64,000 nt of DNA, taken from the sequence record MK250028.1; one strand, 5' to 3'. The translations under genes were made by a program, and so were the position numbers. The notes below the pieces were generated by a model that worked only from the letters and a program-made list of their open reading frames with translations, did no database searches and was not told where the DNA came from. Below, piece by piece: positions 43,583-52,857 of this stretch (positions are counted from its first letter, which is position 1; every line of letters begins with the position of its first letter).

Positions 43583-43657
43583 ATATTTTTTTATTTAAAA
43601 TAAAATATGTATCTTTGTATTGTTAATAAAATAATGAACAATTAAAATAACGAAGAT

Positions 43658-43879
43658 ATGAATAAGTCTCTTAAAATACAAATAACACTTCTTGTGGTTA
43701 TTCTTACAGTAGGAATAATTATAGTTAACAACATTAAATCTAATGTTAACTATATTAATGAACCTTGTCCTCTTTGTGGTTCATCTGAGGTTCTTGATTT
43801 TGGTTATGATAATATGAATGGTCAAGAACATGCTCATTGTGTTACTTGTGAAAGAGACTTCTACATTGATGTAGATTAA
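43658..43879 (+). CDS. Membrane-anchored Zn-ribbon protein
   Basis: TM segment, CPLCG..CVTC; class I promoter at 43610. Confidence 0.65.
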   Translation: MNKSLKIQITLLVVILTVGIIIVNNIKSNVNYINEPCPLCGSSEVLDFGYDNMNGQEHAHCVTCERDFYIDVD

Positions 43880-43990
43880 AAAGTTCCTACTGTTTTTTTA
43901 TAATGGTTAAAGAGTATTAGAGAATATTCTTTAACCATTTTTTATATATAAAATAAACTAATATCTAATTATTTAATATAAAATATAGAG

Positions 43991-44314
43991 ATGATAAATT
44001 TTAAAAAGAAACATGTTGAACGGACATATTTTTCTGTTATAATGTCATGGGTATATACAGGATATAAATATGATTCTGTTTCTGATGCAACAAATAATTT
44101 AAGAAAAGCAATAGAATATATAGAAAACAATAAATCTGATTTATATTTTGATGAAATTATATCATCTGGATTAGGCTCAATAGCATCAGGAAATTATACA
44201 GATACTATTATTAGACCATATCTTATAGTAAGGAGAAATTATTGGGATGATATGTTTAAAACAGAACATGAAAAAAATATATATAAACAAATAATAAATT
44301 TAACAATACCTTAA
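43991..44314 (+). CDS. Hypothetical protein
   Basis: 107 aa ORF. Confidence 0.6.
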   Translation: MINFKKKHVERTYFSVIMSWVYTGYKYDSVSDATNNLRKAIEYIENNKSDLYFDEIISSGLGSIASGNYTDTIIRPYLIVRRNYWDDMFKTEHEKNIYKQIINLTIP

Positions 44315-44318
44315 AAAT

Positions 44319-44558
44319 ATGATTTATGAAATGAATGTTAAAGAAGAACCAGATATTTTTAATGAATTAAAAAAATATCTTCAAAATACATATAAACTTT
44401 CTGTTGTTGAATCTATTAATTTAATAGGTAAAATAGAAAATTTAATTAGAAAAGAAACCGATAAAATTATAAAAAATAGAAAACCATTTGAAATTGATTT
44501 TAATAAAATTGATTTAGATGATATTTTAGATGTTGATTTTTTAGATGATAAAAAATAA
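44319..44558 (+). CDS. Hypothetical protein
   Basis: 79 aa ORF. Confidence 0.55.
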   Translation: MIYEMNVKEEPDIFNELKKYLQNTYKLSVVESINLIGKIENLIRKETDKIIKNRKPFEIDFNKIDLDDILDVDFLDDKK

Positions 44559-44768
44559 TTAATTATAGAAAATATTTTTCATTTAAAAAATAATTTAGAT
44601 AAATAATATAAGAAATAAGTTTAATAACTTTGGTAGGTTGGTTTAAACTATTTTTATAATTTGAATATAATATATAATTAAAGATATTTATAGATCGTTT
44701 ATATTAATAATTTGTATCAACCTACCAATTTTATACAAATTAAAATATAAACGATTTTTTATTATATT

Positions 44769-45902
44769 ATGTTAAAGTCTATTAAAATACGAATATATCC
44801 TGATAATGTTTAGAAAGAATTTATTTCTAAACAGTTAGGTTGTTGTCGATTTATATATAATAAATTATTGTATTATAAGAAGTCATAGTATGAGTAGAAT
44901 AAACAATCTGTTTCTTTATCACAGTTAGGTAAATATTTAACTAATTTAAAGAAACTAAATGAATATTCTTTTTTAAATGATGTTTATTCTTAGTGTTTAT
45001 AGCAATCAATGTAGGATATGATTAAAGCATATGATAATTTCTTTAAATTACATAATGGTTATCCTAAATTTAAATCAAAGAAAGATACTAAACAAACATG
45101 TAGATTTACAAATACTATATTTAAATTTAAGAAAAAGAAAATTAATGGTAATAGGATAACATTAATTAAATAGTTATAGAATATATTATTTAAATGTTCA
45201 AAAAGAGATGAAATATATTTAAATCATAATCAGGATAAAATCCATTTTATTACTCTTACTAAAACATCTACTGAAAAATATTATCTATCTATTTGTATTG
45301 AGTATAATATTTATAAAAAAGAAAAGTTAGATACAGTAATAGGTCTTGATTTAGGTATTAAAGACTTTATAGTAGATTCTAATGGAAATAGATATGAGAA
45401 TAAACATTTTTATAAAAACCAATAAAAGAAATTAAAGAAATTATAGAGGTTGTTAAGTAAGAAATAGAAAGGAAGTAATAATAGAAATAAAGTTAGAATT
45501 AAATTAGCTAACGTTTATGAAAAAATAGCTAATCAAAGAAGCACATATTTACATCAAATTAGTTCAAAATTAGTTAACGAGAACCAAGTTATCTGTATTG
45601 AAGATTTAAATGTAAATGGTATGATGTCTAATCATAAATTAGCTAAATCTATATAGGACTTAAGTTTCTATGAATTTAGACGTTAGTTAGAATATAAATG
45701 TAGATAGAATGGAAGACAATTAATGATTATAGATAGATTTTATCCTTCTTCTAAAACATGTCACAATTGTGGATATATTTATAAAAGTTTAAAATTAAAT
45801 GAACGCGACTGGATATGTCCACATTGTAGATCTCTAATAGATAGAGATTATAATGCTTCATTAAATATTTTAACTGAAGGATTAAGACAAATTAATTTAT
45901 AA
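44769..45902 (+). pseudogene. tnpB: TnpB copy 2, interrupted by one TAA
   Basis: Same 1134-nt length as copy 1; 13 TAG; TAA at 45423-45425 where copy 1 has GAA; RuvC residues present. Confidence 0.85.
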
Positions 45903-45916
45903 TTTATATAAAATAT

Positions 45917-46061
45917 TAAATAGGGTTGAGTTTACCCGAATTTACGCTTGCGGAGATACCAACTATGGATGAAAGAAATTACATTCATGTAATTATACTA
46001 AAAAGTAGTGTGTCTATGAAACAAGAAACACAGGTTTTTAAAATTAATTGAAAACAAAACT
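45917..46061 (+). ncRNA. TnpB omegaRNA scaffold / right end, copy 2 (longer)
   Basis: Conserved blocks with copy 1; terminal hairpin GTTTTTAA/TTGAAAAC, then AAAACT and the ATG of the next gene. Confidence 0.7.
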
Positions 46062-46532
46062 ATGAGTTTGTACAAATATCCAAGTATACATGGTTTGAAG
46101 GATATTGCAATGATTTATAATGATTCTGAATGGGATAATGCAAAACTTAAAGTGTGGGATCCTGAATATCAAAGAGAATATAATATATCATTTACAGGTT
46201 CTACAAGACCAACTGAAACTGAACCAGGTATAGTAAGTTTCAATATATCAAAAGTAAAAGACGAAAAATCTGCTGATGAAAAATCAATAGATATTTATTT
46301 AGATAAAAGATTTCCTAATATATCTAAATTAGAGAGAAACAAATATGAATTGATTTTTAGAGCAGGTGTTGAATATGGAAAGAATGTAAGTAAAAAAGAT
46401 TTACTTAAAGAATTATTTAAATCACCATGTGAAAAATGTGGTAGTTATATGATGTCAGATAATTGTATTTGTAATAAATTATATAACTATTGTGATTTTA
46501 TAGAAGAAGTAAAGGAAAGGATAGAGAAATAA
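46062..46532 (+). CDS. Hypothetical protein
   Basis: 156 aa; ATG directly abuts the omegaRNA end. Confidence 0.65.
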   Translation: MSLYKYPSIHGLKDIAMIYNDSEWDNAKLKVWDPEYQREYNISFTGSTRPTETEPGIVSFNISKVKDEKSADEKSIDIYLDKRFPNISKLERNKYELIFRAGVEYGKNVSKKDLLKELFKSPCEKCGSYMMSDNCICNKLYNYCDFIEEVKERIEK

Positions 46533-46557
46533 GAATCTCTATCCTTTATTATTTTAT

Positions 46558-47130
46558 TTAATATTCATCATCGTCATCCCATTCATCATCTGAATCATCA
46601 TAATCTTCCTCTTCATCATCAAAATTAGAATCAGAAAGATAAATTTCTTCTATAACTACTTGATTAACTTTGAATACCATAAGTCCTTCTGAAAATTCAA
46701 GTTCAATATCAATTTCACCATCTTCATTTGCAGGGAATATTTGAATACTTTCATCTTGTTTTAATTCAATTTCAGGTTTACAATAGGCAATATCAAAAAT
46801 ACCTATTGTACCAGAATCTACATCATATTTTTGATTTGTCATAGAATCATATGTACCATCGCCATATTGAGTTCCTTGAATAATACCTATAACTTCCTCA
46901 TCATTTTCAAGAATTCCATCAGGATATTTCTTTGCACCCCATACATTATCATAAATATCTTCTGTTAAACAATAACATGGATCACCAATAACAAGTGATT
47001 CTACATTTGTTAATGTTACATAATAACGTCCACTTGTTTGTGTATATTTCTCATTAATTGATTTCTTTACAGATTTTGATACTGATTTCATTATACTTTC
47101 ATATAATGATTTCTTTTGTTTATTATTCAT
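46558..47130 (-). CDS. Leader-bearing hypothetical protein (GDPCY family, DUF4241-like)
   Basis: N-terminus KKSLYESIMKSVSKSVKKSINE; LVIGDPCY, YGDGTY, VDSGTIG; acidic tail. Confidence 0.7.
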   Translation of the reverse strand: MNNKQKKSLYESIMKSVSKSVKKSINEKYTQTSGRYYVTLTNVESLVIGDPCYCLTEDIYDNVWGAKKYPDGILENDEEVIGIIQGTQYGDGTYDSMTNQKYDVDSGTIGIFDIAYCKPEIELKQDESIQIFPANEDGEIDIELEFSEGLMVFKVNQVVIEEIYLSDSNFDDEEEDYDDSDDEWDDDDEY

Positions 47131-47160
47131 AATGTTATGTAAATTAAAAAAATTATTTTT

Positions 47161-47170
47161 AGTATTTATC
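47161..47170 (-). promoter_or_regulatory. Class III (T4-late-like) promoter ATAAATA
   Basis: ATAAATA about 25-45 nt upstream of ATGs at 13357, 15915, 19812, 21777, 24459, 26778, 35853, 47130, 50861, 54147, 62428. Confidence 0.65.
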
Positions 47171-47245
47171 TTTTAACAAAGATACATAAAATTTTTTAAA
47201 TAAAAAAGAGATGTAATTTAATTATTACATCTCTTAAATTATTAA

Positions 47246-47548
47246 TTATCCATCATATCCGTATTTACCGAATACATGAACAATTTCACCGCTTTTAGTT
47301 GTATAAGATTTATCATAAGATTCTAGATCATAATCACCGAAGTAATCATCATATGATTTATATCTCCAGCTATCTTCTGTAATATCTTCCTCTGATATAG
47401 AATCTTTTGAAACTAATTTATTATGATCTCTATCAAGAACATATGTTCCATTTTTCCATCCATTATATTCATCATCTGATGCAAATGTCAATGAATGTGT
47501 AGAACTTGAGTTAGTTTCAAATACACTTTTCCTTACTTGAATTTTCAT
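47246..47548 (-). CDS. FETNSSSTH-motif protein D
   Basis: MKIQVRKSVFETNSSSTHSL. Confidence 0.8.
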   Translation of the reverse strand: MKIQVRKSVFETNSSSTHSLTFASDDEYNGWKNGTYVLDRDHNKLVSKDSISEEDITEDSWRYKSYDDYFGDYDLESYDKSYTTKSGEIVHVFGKYGYDG

Positions 47549-47566
47549 TATATATTATTATATATT

Positions 47567-48130
47567 TTAATTACTCTTATAGTATTCCCATGATTTTCCA
47601 AAATTTGGACAATCCAACTCTTCATCACTATTATCATTACCTGTTGATACATAACTATTATAATCAAACAAATAATTCATAAGTTTTTTATCATTACTTA
47701 TAACATCTTCGAGAAAATCACCTACTTCATTTCCATGATCTATATAACCACTATCTTCTTCATCATCATTATTCATAAATTTAATATAAGTATATTCACT
47801 ACCATCATCATATTTATGAACTTTAACTTTCATATTAGCAGCATATGGAAATAGTGCTTTAATATTATGTTTTGCAAGAATATCTGTAATTGATTTAATT
47901 GCATTATTTACTTTATCAATATTATTCCAATAACAACTTGTAATTGCTTCCCATAGATATTCTGCTTTAGTAGCAGTGTCAAAATGAATATCAAAATCCC
48001 ATCCAAATTCGCCTTTACCAAATATTACTTTATCAGGAAATTCATTAATATCAGATTTCTTAATAATGGAAATAGAATGTGTTGAACTTGAATTTGTTTC
48101 AAATACACTACGTCTAACTTGTACTTTCAT
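47567..48130 (-). CDS. FETNSSSTH-motif protein C
   Basis: MKVQVRRSVFETNSSSTHSI; GYIDH and TGNDN later in the protein. Confidence 0.8.
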   Translation of the reverse strand: MKVQVRRSVFETNSSSTHSISIIKKSDINEFPDKVIFGKGEFGWDFDIHFDTATKAEYLWEAITSCYWNNIDKVNNAIKSITDILAKHNIKALFPYAANMKVKVHKYDDGSEYTYIKFMNNDDEEDSGYIDHGNEVGDFLEDVISNDKKLMNYLFDYNSYVSTGNDNSDEELDCPNFGKSWEYYKSN

Positions 48131-48154
48131 TTTATTTTATAAAATTAATAATTA

Positions 48155-48820
48155 TTAAATAATATAAATCTTTGGTTTATAATAAGGTGCATAAGCTTCA
48201 TCGGCATAAGTAATAGTATTATTATCATCCATAATATTCCAAAAATATTCATTGAATTTTTCTACTGTTAACCAACCACCATTTTCACCAATATTTTCAA
48301 AAAACTTTTTATTTGTATCTGTATTTTTTGTAAATTCAACATATGAACCATATTCAAGTTGATTCTTAACATCTTGAATATCATACTCATGTTGTTTTGC
48401 AATCTTCTTTATATACTCTACAAACTTCTTATATACTTCTGTATCTTCTAACCAATCATCATGATTATCCTCAAAATAATGGTTTCTATATTCAGCTCTA
48501 TTATAATCTTCAATATAATATGCATTATTATTTAATTCCATTGCAATATATTGAAGTTTAGCAACCCAATTATTAATGATATAATAAATATTAGTCATTT
48601 CATCACCATTTTCGAAATCAATACCACGAAGAATAAATGTATGTTCTATAATATAATCCTTTGGATTAAATATACCACAGTCCATATTATCCTTATATTG
48701 CTCAAAAATAGCTTTATATACAATATCTTTTACATCATTAATTGTTCCATGTGTAATTTGTAAAGAATGTGTTGAACTTGAGTTCGTTTCAAACACCCCT
48801 CTTCTAATTTGTACTTTCAT
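48155..48820 (-). CDS. FETNSSSTH-motif protein B
   Basis: MKVQIRRGVFETNSSSTHSL. Confidence 0.8.
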   Translation of the reverse strand: MKVQIRRGVFETNSSSTHSLQITHGTINDVKDIVYKAIFEQYKDNMDCGIFNPKDYIIEHTFILRGIDFENGDEMTNIYYIINNWVAKLQYIAMELNNNAYYIEDYNRAEYRNHYFEDNHDDWLEDTEVYKKFVEYIKKIAKQHEYDIQDVKNQLEYGSYVEFTKNTDTNKKFFENIGENGGWLTVEKFNEYFWNIMDDNNTITYADEAYAPYYKPKIYII

Positions 48821-49320
48821 TAATCTGGTTCTATATAAATTTTTGTATGTTCATGATTTAAATCTTTATCGTAATTGAAATAATCCCTATCAAATATGTC
48901 AACTTTTGATTCATCATTAAAAATATATTCTAACAATAATTGCTCAAAGTCTTCATCTTTTTCATCAAATAGGTCATTAAATACATCTTCATACCCATAG
49001 CTATAATTATCATATTCTCCCGTTTCTGAAATAAGGAATACACAATTAATATCATATTTAGATAATACTTTTTCAATGCGATATTTAGTAGACATAAAAT
49101 GAGATAGATTATCACTAAATGTCATATAGTCAAATAAGTTATCTAATCTATCTTGAAAATGATTACCTTTATCTCTTTCTCGCCAAGGTAAACCAAATTT
49201 AAGTGTAGTTCCTGCATATAATTTAAGAATTTTATCATCTACAGGTTTTGTACATATAGTTAATGTATGTGTTGAACTTGAATTAGTTTCAAATACACTA
49301 TGCCTTATTTGAATTTTCAT
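48820..49320 (-). CDS. FETNSSSTH-motif protein A
   Basis: MKIQIRHSVFETNSSSTHTL; TAATG coupling to the next gene. Confidence 0.8.
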   Translation of the reverse strand: MKIQIRHSVFETNSSSTHTLTICTKPVDDKILKLYAGTTLKFGLPWRERDKGNHFQDRLDNLFDYMTFSDNLSHFMSTKYRIEKVLSKYDINCVFLISETGEYDNYSYGYEDVFNDLFDEKDEDFEQLLLEYIFNDESKVDIFDRDYFNYDKDLNHEHTKIYIEPD

Positions 49321-49343
49321 AATTTTCCTATTGTTTTATATTA

Positions 49344-50228
49344 TTACTTATTATATTTGTTTCTAATAAATTGAAACATTTCATCCATAGTCTTATCACC
49401 TATATGGAATCTTTCTTTAGAAATTGAATTCTTTGCAAATTCACCCTTTACTAAATCAATATAAAATGTATAACCACCATCATCTCCCATGTAGAATTCA
49501 TTCCATTCATCATCGGACATAATACGTTTTACATCAAGTTGCTTAATTGCTAGATTATCAAAACTTAATACTTTAAACTTCTCCGTAATTTCCTTAAGAT
49601 TATCAAAGATATATTTACGATTTGTTTCAATCATATCATTATGTTCCTTATGGAAATTAACTCCTCGTTGTAAATCTTTATATCCAAGGAGAAGAACTTT
49701 AAGATTATGATTTGCCAACTTATTAATATCATCTTCTGTAAGAATACCTACAATAGTATGAAGAACTGTATTAGGAATACTATTCATTTTCTGGATAAGT
49801 TCATCAGATGGTTTTACCAACGAAACACCAATACCATATACGAGTTTATTATCAGACCAATCCTTTAATTTATCATAATTATCAAAGAATTGTTTTTGAT
49901 TTACTGTAATATTAGCAAATACTTTCTTCGATTTAAGAAAATTAAGGAACTTATCAAGATCAGGGTGATCAAGGTCATTACCATTCAATGCAATTTCTGT
50001 ATATGGATGAAGTGTATTTATAAATGGATATGTAAACAAGTTACCATGTTTCCCATGTGGCGAACATCCTTCATAACAAAACGCACAGCCTATATTACAC
50101 TTATCTGTTAATTTACAGTCTACATTTTCACTATATGCTGGAATAAACTCATCATCATTTGTACGACGAATTTTTGTTCCATCACCCAAAATTGTTACGA
50201 TATAATTACCATTCTTATAACTTGGCAT
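49344..50228 (-). CDS. Radical SAM enzyme
   Basis: CNIGCAFC (CxxxCxxC), EIALNG, ANITVN; no Cys-rich SPASM domain visible. Confidence 0.9.
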   Translation of the reverse strand: MPSYKNGNYIVTILGDGTKIRRTNDDEFIPAYSENVDCKLTDKCNIGCAFCYEGCSPHGKHGNLFTYPFINTLHPYTEIALNGNDLDHPDLDKFLNFLKSKKVFANITVNQKQFFDNYDKLKDWSDNKLVYGIGVSLVKPSDELIQKMNSIPNTVLHTIVGILTEDDINKLANHNLKVLLLGYKDLQRGVNFHKEHNDMIETNRKYIFDNLKEITEKFKVLSFDNLAIKQLDVKRIMSDDEWNEFYMGDDGGYTFYIDLVKGEFAKNSISKERFHIGDKTMDEMFQFIRNKYNK

Positions 50229-50358
50229 AATTTCTTTATTTTAAAAAATTAATAAATTTAAATTTAATATCACGAAGATACATATTTTGTTTATATATAA
50301 AAAAGAAAAATAGAGAATATCTAACATTAATTAGTAAATATTCTCTATTTTTAAAAAT

Positions 50359-50861
50359 TTATAATTCTATTATTTCTAATTTATTATAAGGTATTATTCC
50401 ATTATAAAAATATGTTGGATCTCTTTCATCTTCAGATTCTTCATCATTTTCATCATATATGTTGTTTTGATCTAAAGAAAGTTTATTTAAATCAATATCA
50501 GATGTTTTAATTCTAAATACAATAATTTCTAATTCTTTTTCATATCTATCTTCATATTCTTCTGCAAATTCTTCAAATTCATCAGAGCTATCTAAATATG
50601 ATTCTGCAACATATTCATCTGTTGCTAAAAATACCCCGTACTTTATATTTTCATATGGAGTATTTTCATAATTCCAAAATCGTTTCTTTGGTACTTTTGC
50701 ACCTAACCCATTTTTCTTTATTGAACGCAAATAACAAGATGGAGTTGCATGATAAAAATATTTATATTATAATTGATTGTTTCATTAATTGATTTCTTTA
50801 CAGATTTAGAAATAGATTTTATTATATTTTCATATAATGTTTTCTTTTGTATAGAATTCAT
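50359..50861 (-). pseudogene. Leader-bearing ADP-ribosyltransferase-like protein, 1-nt frameshift after the leader
   Basis: ATG 50861 gives MNSIQKKTLYENIIKSISKSVKKSINE; the domain YFYHATPS..LRSIKKNGL..GVFLATDEYVAESY is in the -1 frame. Confidence 0.6.
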
Positions 50862-51006
50862 AATTTTACATAAATTAAATTTTATTTTTATATTTATATG
50901 ATGATATACAATGTAAATTTATAATAAATAATACATTAAATAAGACATTTTTATAATTATAGAATATTTAATAATAGGTAAGGTAGAATATTAAAAGATT
51001 TAAATT

Positions 51007-51315
51007 ATGACGACATTTATATATATTATATTTTTATGTTTTTATATAGCATTTGGAATAACAATATTTGGAATTTGTTATCGGTATAACTTCTTAAATA
51101 TGAGAGATGAATATATAAGAGATAAACGTGCTAATTCAGAAAATGAATCTGTATTTTTAACAATAACATTTTGGCCGTTTTTACTTATTATTATTTTATT
51201 TATTTGTACACCTAAAAGGATTATAGAATCATTAATTAAAAATATTGATGAAGAATTAAAAATAGATAATAAATTACATAAAAATAATAAAGTAACTAAT
51301 AGTATTAATTTATGA
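51007..51315 (+). CDS. Hypothetical membrane protein
   Basis: Two TM segments, TFWP motif. Confidence 0.6.
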   Translation: MTTFIYIIFLCFYIAFGITIFGICYRYNFLNMRDEYIRDKRANSENESVFLTITFWPFLLIIILFICTPKRIIESLIKNIDEELKIDNKLHKNNKVTNSINL

Positions 51316-51611
51316 TACAAAATAAAATGATAACTTTATCAAAAAGTTATGAATATACAGATTACTATTGCGAGTTTGTTAAATATAAGAATAAAATATT
51401 TAAAATTCTTGTGCAATCAACAGGAACAAGAATTACAGCACATATATTTATAGTCAATAAATATGGAATATCGGAGATAGCAGAAGGTTCAGATTTTGAA
51501 GAAAATATCCGGCATTTTGATATTAATAACTCTACAAGTAAAGATATAAAGCATAAATATATATTAAAACAACTCAAATATGCCAAGGATTTTATTACTA
51601 AGATATTTTAA
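51312..51611 (+). CDS. Hypothetical protein
   Basis: 99 aa, ATGA overlap. Confidence 0.6.
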   Translation: MIQNKMITLSKSYEYTDYYCEFVKYKNKIFKILVQSTGTRITAHIFIVNKYGISEIAEGSDFEENIRHFDINNSTSKDIKHKYILKQLKYAKDFITKIF

Positions 51612-51639
51612 TAAATATTTAAAGACTTAGTAATTAACG

Positions 51640-51903
51640 ATGAATCCATTAACATATTTGATTTTATTTTTATAGAATATATTTTATATAATAGAAGGTT
51701 ACAGTAAATGGCTATTTGATATTGTAACATTCAAGGAAAATCGATTATCAAAAAAGCGAATGGCAATCTGTAATAAATGTGAACATAATAAACATGGAAT
51801 ATGTGAGTTATGTGGATGTATTCTTAAAGCAAAAACAAGAGTAGATTTTATATTAGATAATAATGGAATAACGATAGACGGATGTCCAAAAAGGAAATGG
51901 TAA
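51640..51903 (+). CDS. Cys-rich Zn-binding small protein
   Basis: 87 aa under code 15 (1 TAG); RMAICNKC..ICELCGC.LKAKT..GCP..KW; not in track. Confidence 0.7.
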
Positions 51904-51961
51904 TTAAACTATTTCCTTTTTTCTTTATATAATAATATATGTAAAAATAGAATTATTTAAA

Positions 51962-52459
51962 ATGAAAGATATATCAACAGATATTAAGAGAGAAATGAAT
52001 GAAATACAAGATAGGATAGGTGCATTTCATGATACCGGAGTAACAGATGATGGTATGATGAAAACTAAACCTTCTATAACCATATGTGTTGATTTTGATG
52101 GTACAATGGTAAAGCATGAATATCCTAATATTGGTGAAGAAGCAGAAGGTTGTATCGAAACATTGAAAAGGTGGATAAATGATTATAACGTAGGTATTAT
52201 TTTGGATACCATGAGATCTGATGAAACTTTAGATGAAGCTGTTAAATGGTGTAAAGAAAATGGTATTAAACTTTATGGAATAAGTAAAGACCCAACTCAA
52301 GAAAAATGGACAAATTCACCAAAGGCGTATGCTCCATTTTCTATTGATGACAGGAATGTCGGATGTCCATTAGTATATGGAAAATCAAAACGACCATATG
52401 TGGATTGGAAAAAGATTGTAGAAATTTTTGAACCGGTTATTAAAATGTTTGTGGAATGA
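51962..52459 (+). CDS. HAD-superfamily hydrolase (BT0820-like)
   Basis: ICVDFDGTMVKHEYPNIG; SPK....IDDRN. Confidence 0.8.
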   Translation: MKDISTDIKREMNEIQDRIGAFHDTGVTDDGMMKTKPSITICVDFDGTMVKHEYPNIGEEAEGCIETLKRWINDYNVGIILDTMRSDETLDEAVKWCKENGIKLYGISKDPTQEKWTNSPKAYAPFSIDDRNVGCPLVYGKSKRPYVDWKKIVEIFEPVIKMFVE

Positions 52460-52854
52460 TAAAGTTTAAAAAAGAAAAGTCAAATAAAAAATATATAGAA
52501 GTTATTCCGATAGAATATAATATGTATGAATTTCTTCATAATATGAACAGTTATAAACATATAAATTTATTTGATGTTATTACGAAATCAACTGATGCTG
52601 ATATAAAGAGATTTATTAAAGAACATCCAATTATTGATAACATTATTAATAATAGAAATAATAGAAATAAATTAACTATTAAAAGAACTATATTACCTAT
52701 AAACAGTGTATGTGAATTTTCCGAGATAGAAAAATTCACATGTGTTGGCGATAAACCTATATATTTCTTTAAGGCTACATTTTTACAACAAGAATATGAT
52801 GCTATATATTTAACTGATGAAAATCTTTTTGAATTGTTTAATTTACAAGAATAA
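52456..52854 (+). CDS. Hypothetical protein (MIKFK family)
   Basis: 132 aa; resembles the next ORF. Confidence 0.65.
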   Translation: MIKFKKEKSNKKYIEVIPIEYNMYEFLHNMNSYKHINLFDVITKSTDADIKRFIKEHPIIDNIINNRNNRNKLTIKRTILPINSVCEFSEIEKFTCVGDKPIYFFKATFLQQEYDAIYLTDENLFELFNLQE

Positions 52855-52857
52855 ATT

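Noticed and set aside
47495-49320. CRISPR array or DGR from the four similar ~54-nt segments
   Set aside because: They are protein-coding gene starts with synonymous variation, spaced 500-700 nt apart; no reverse transcriptase or cas gene and no A-specific variation
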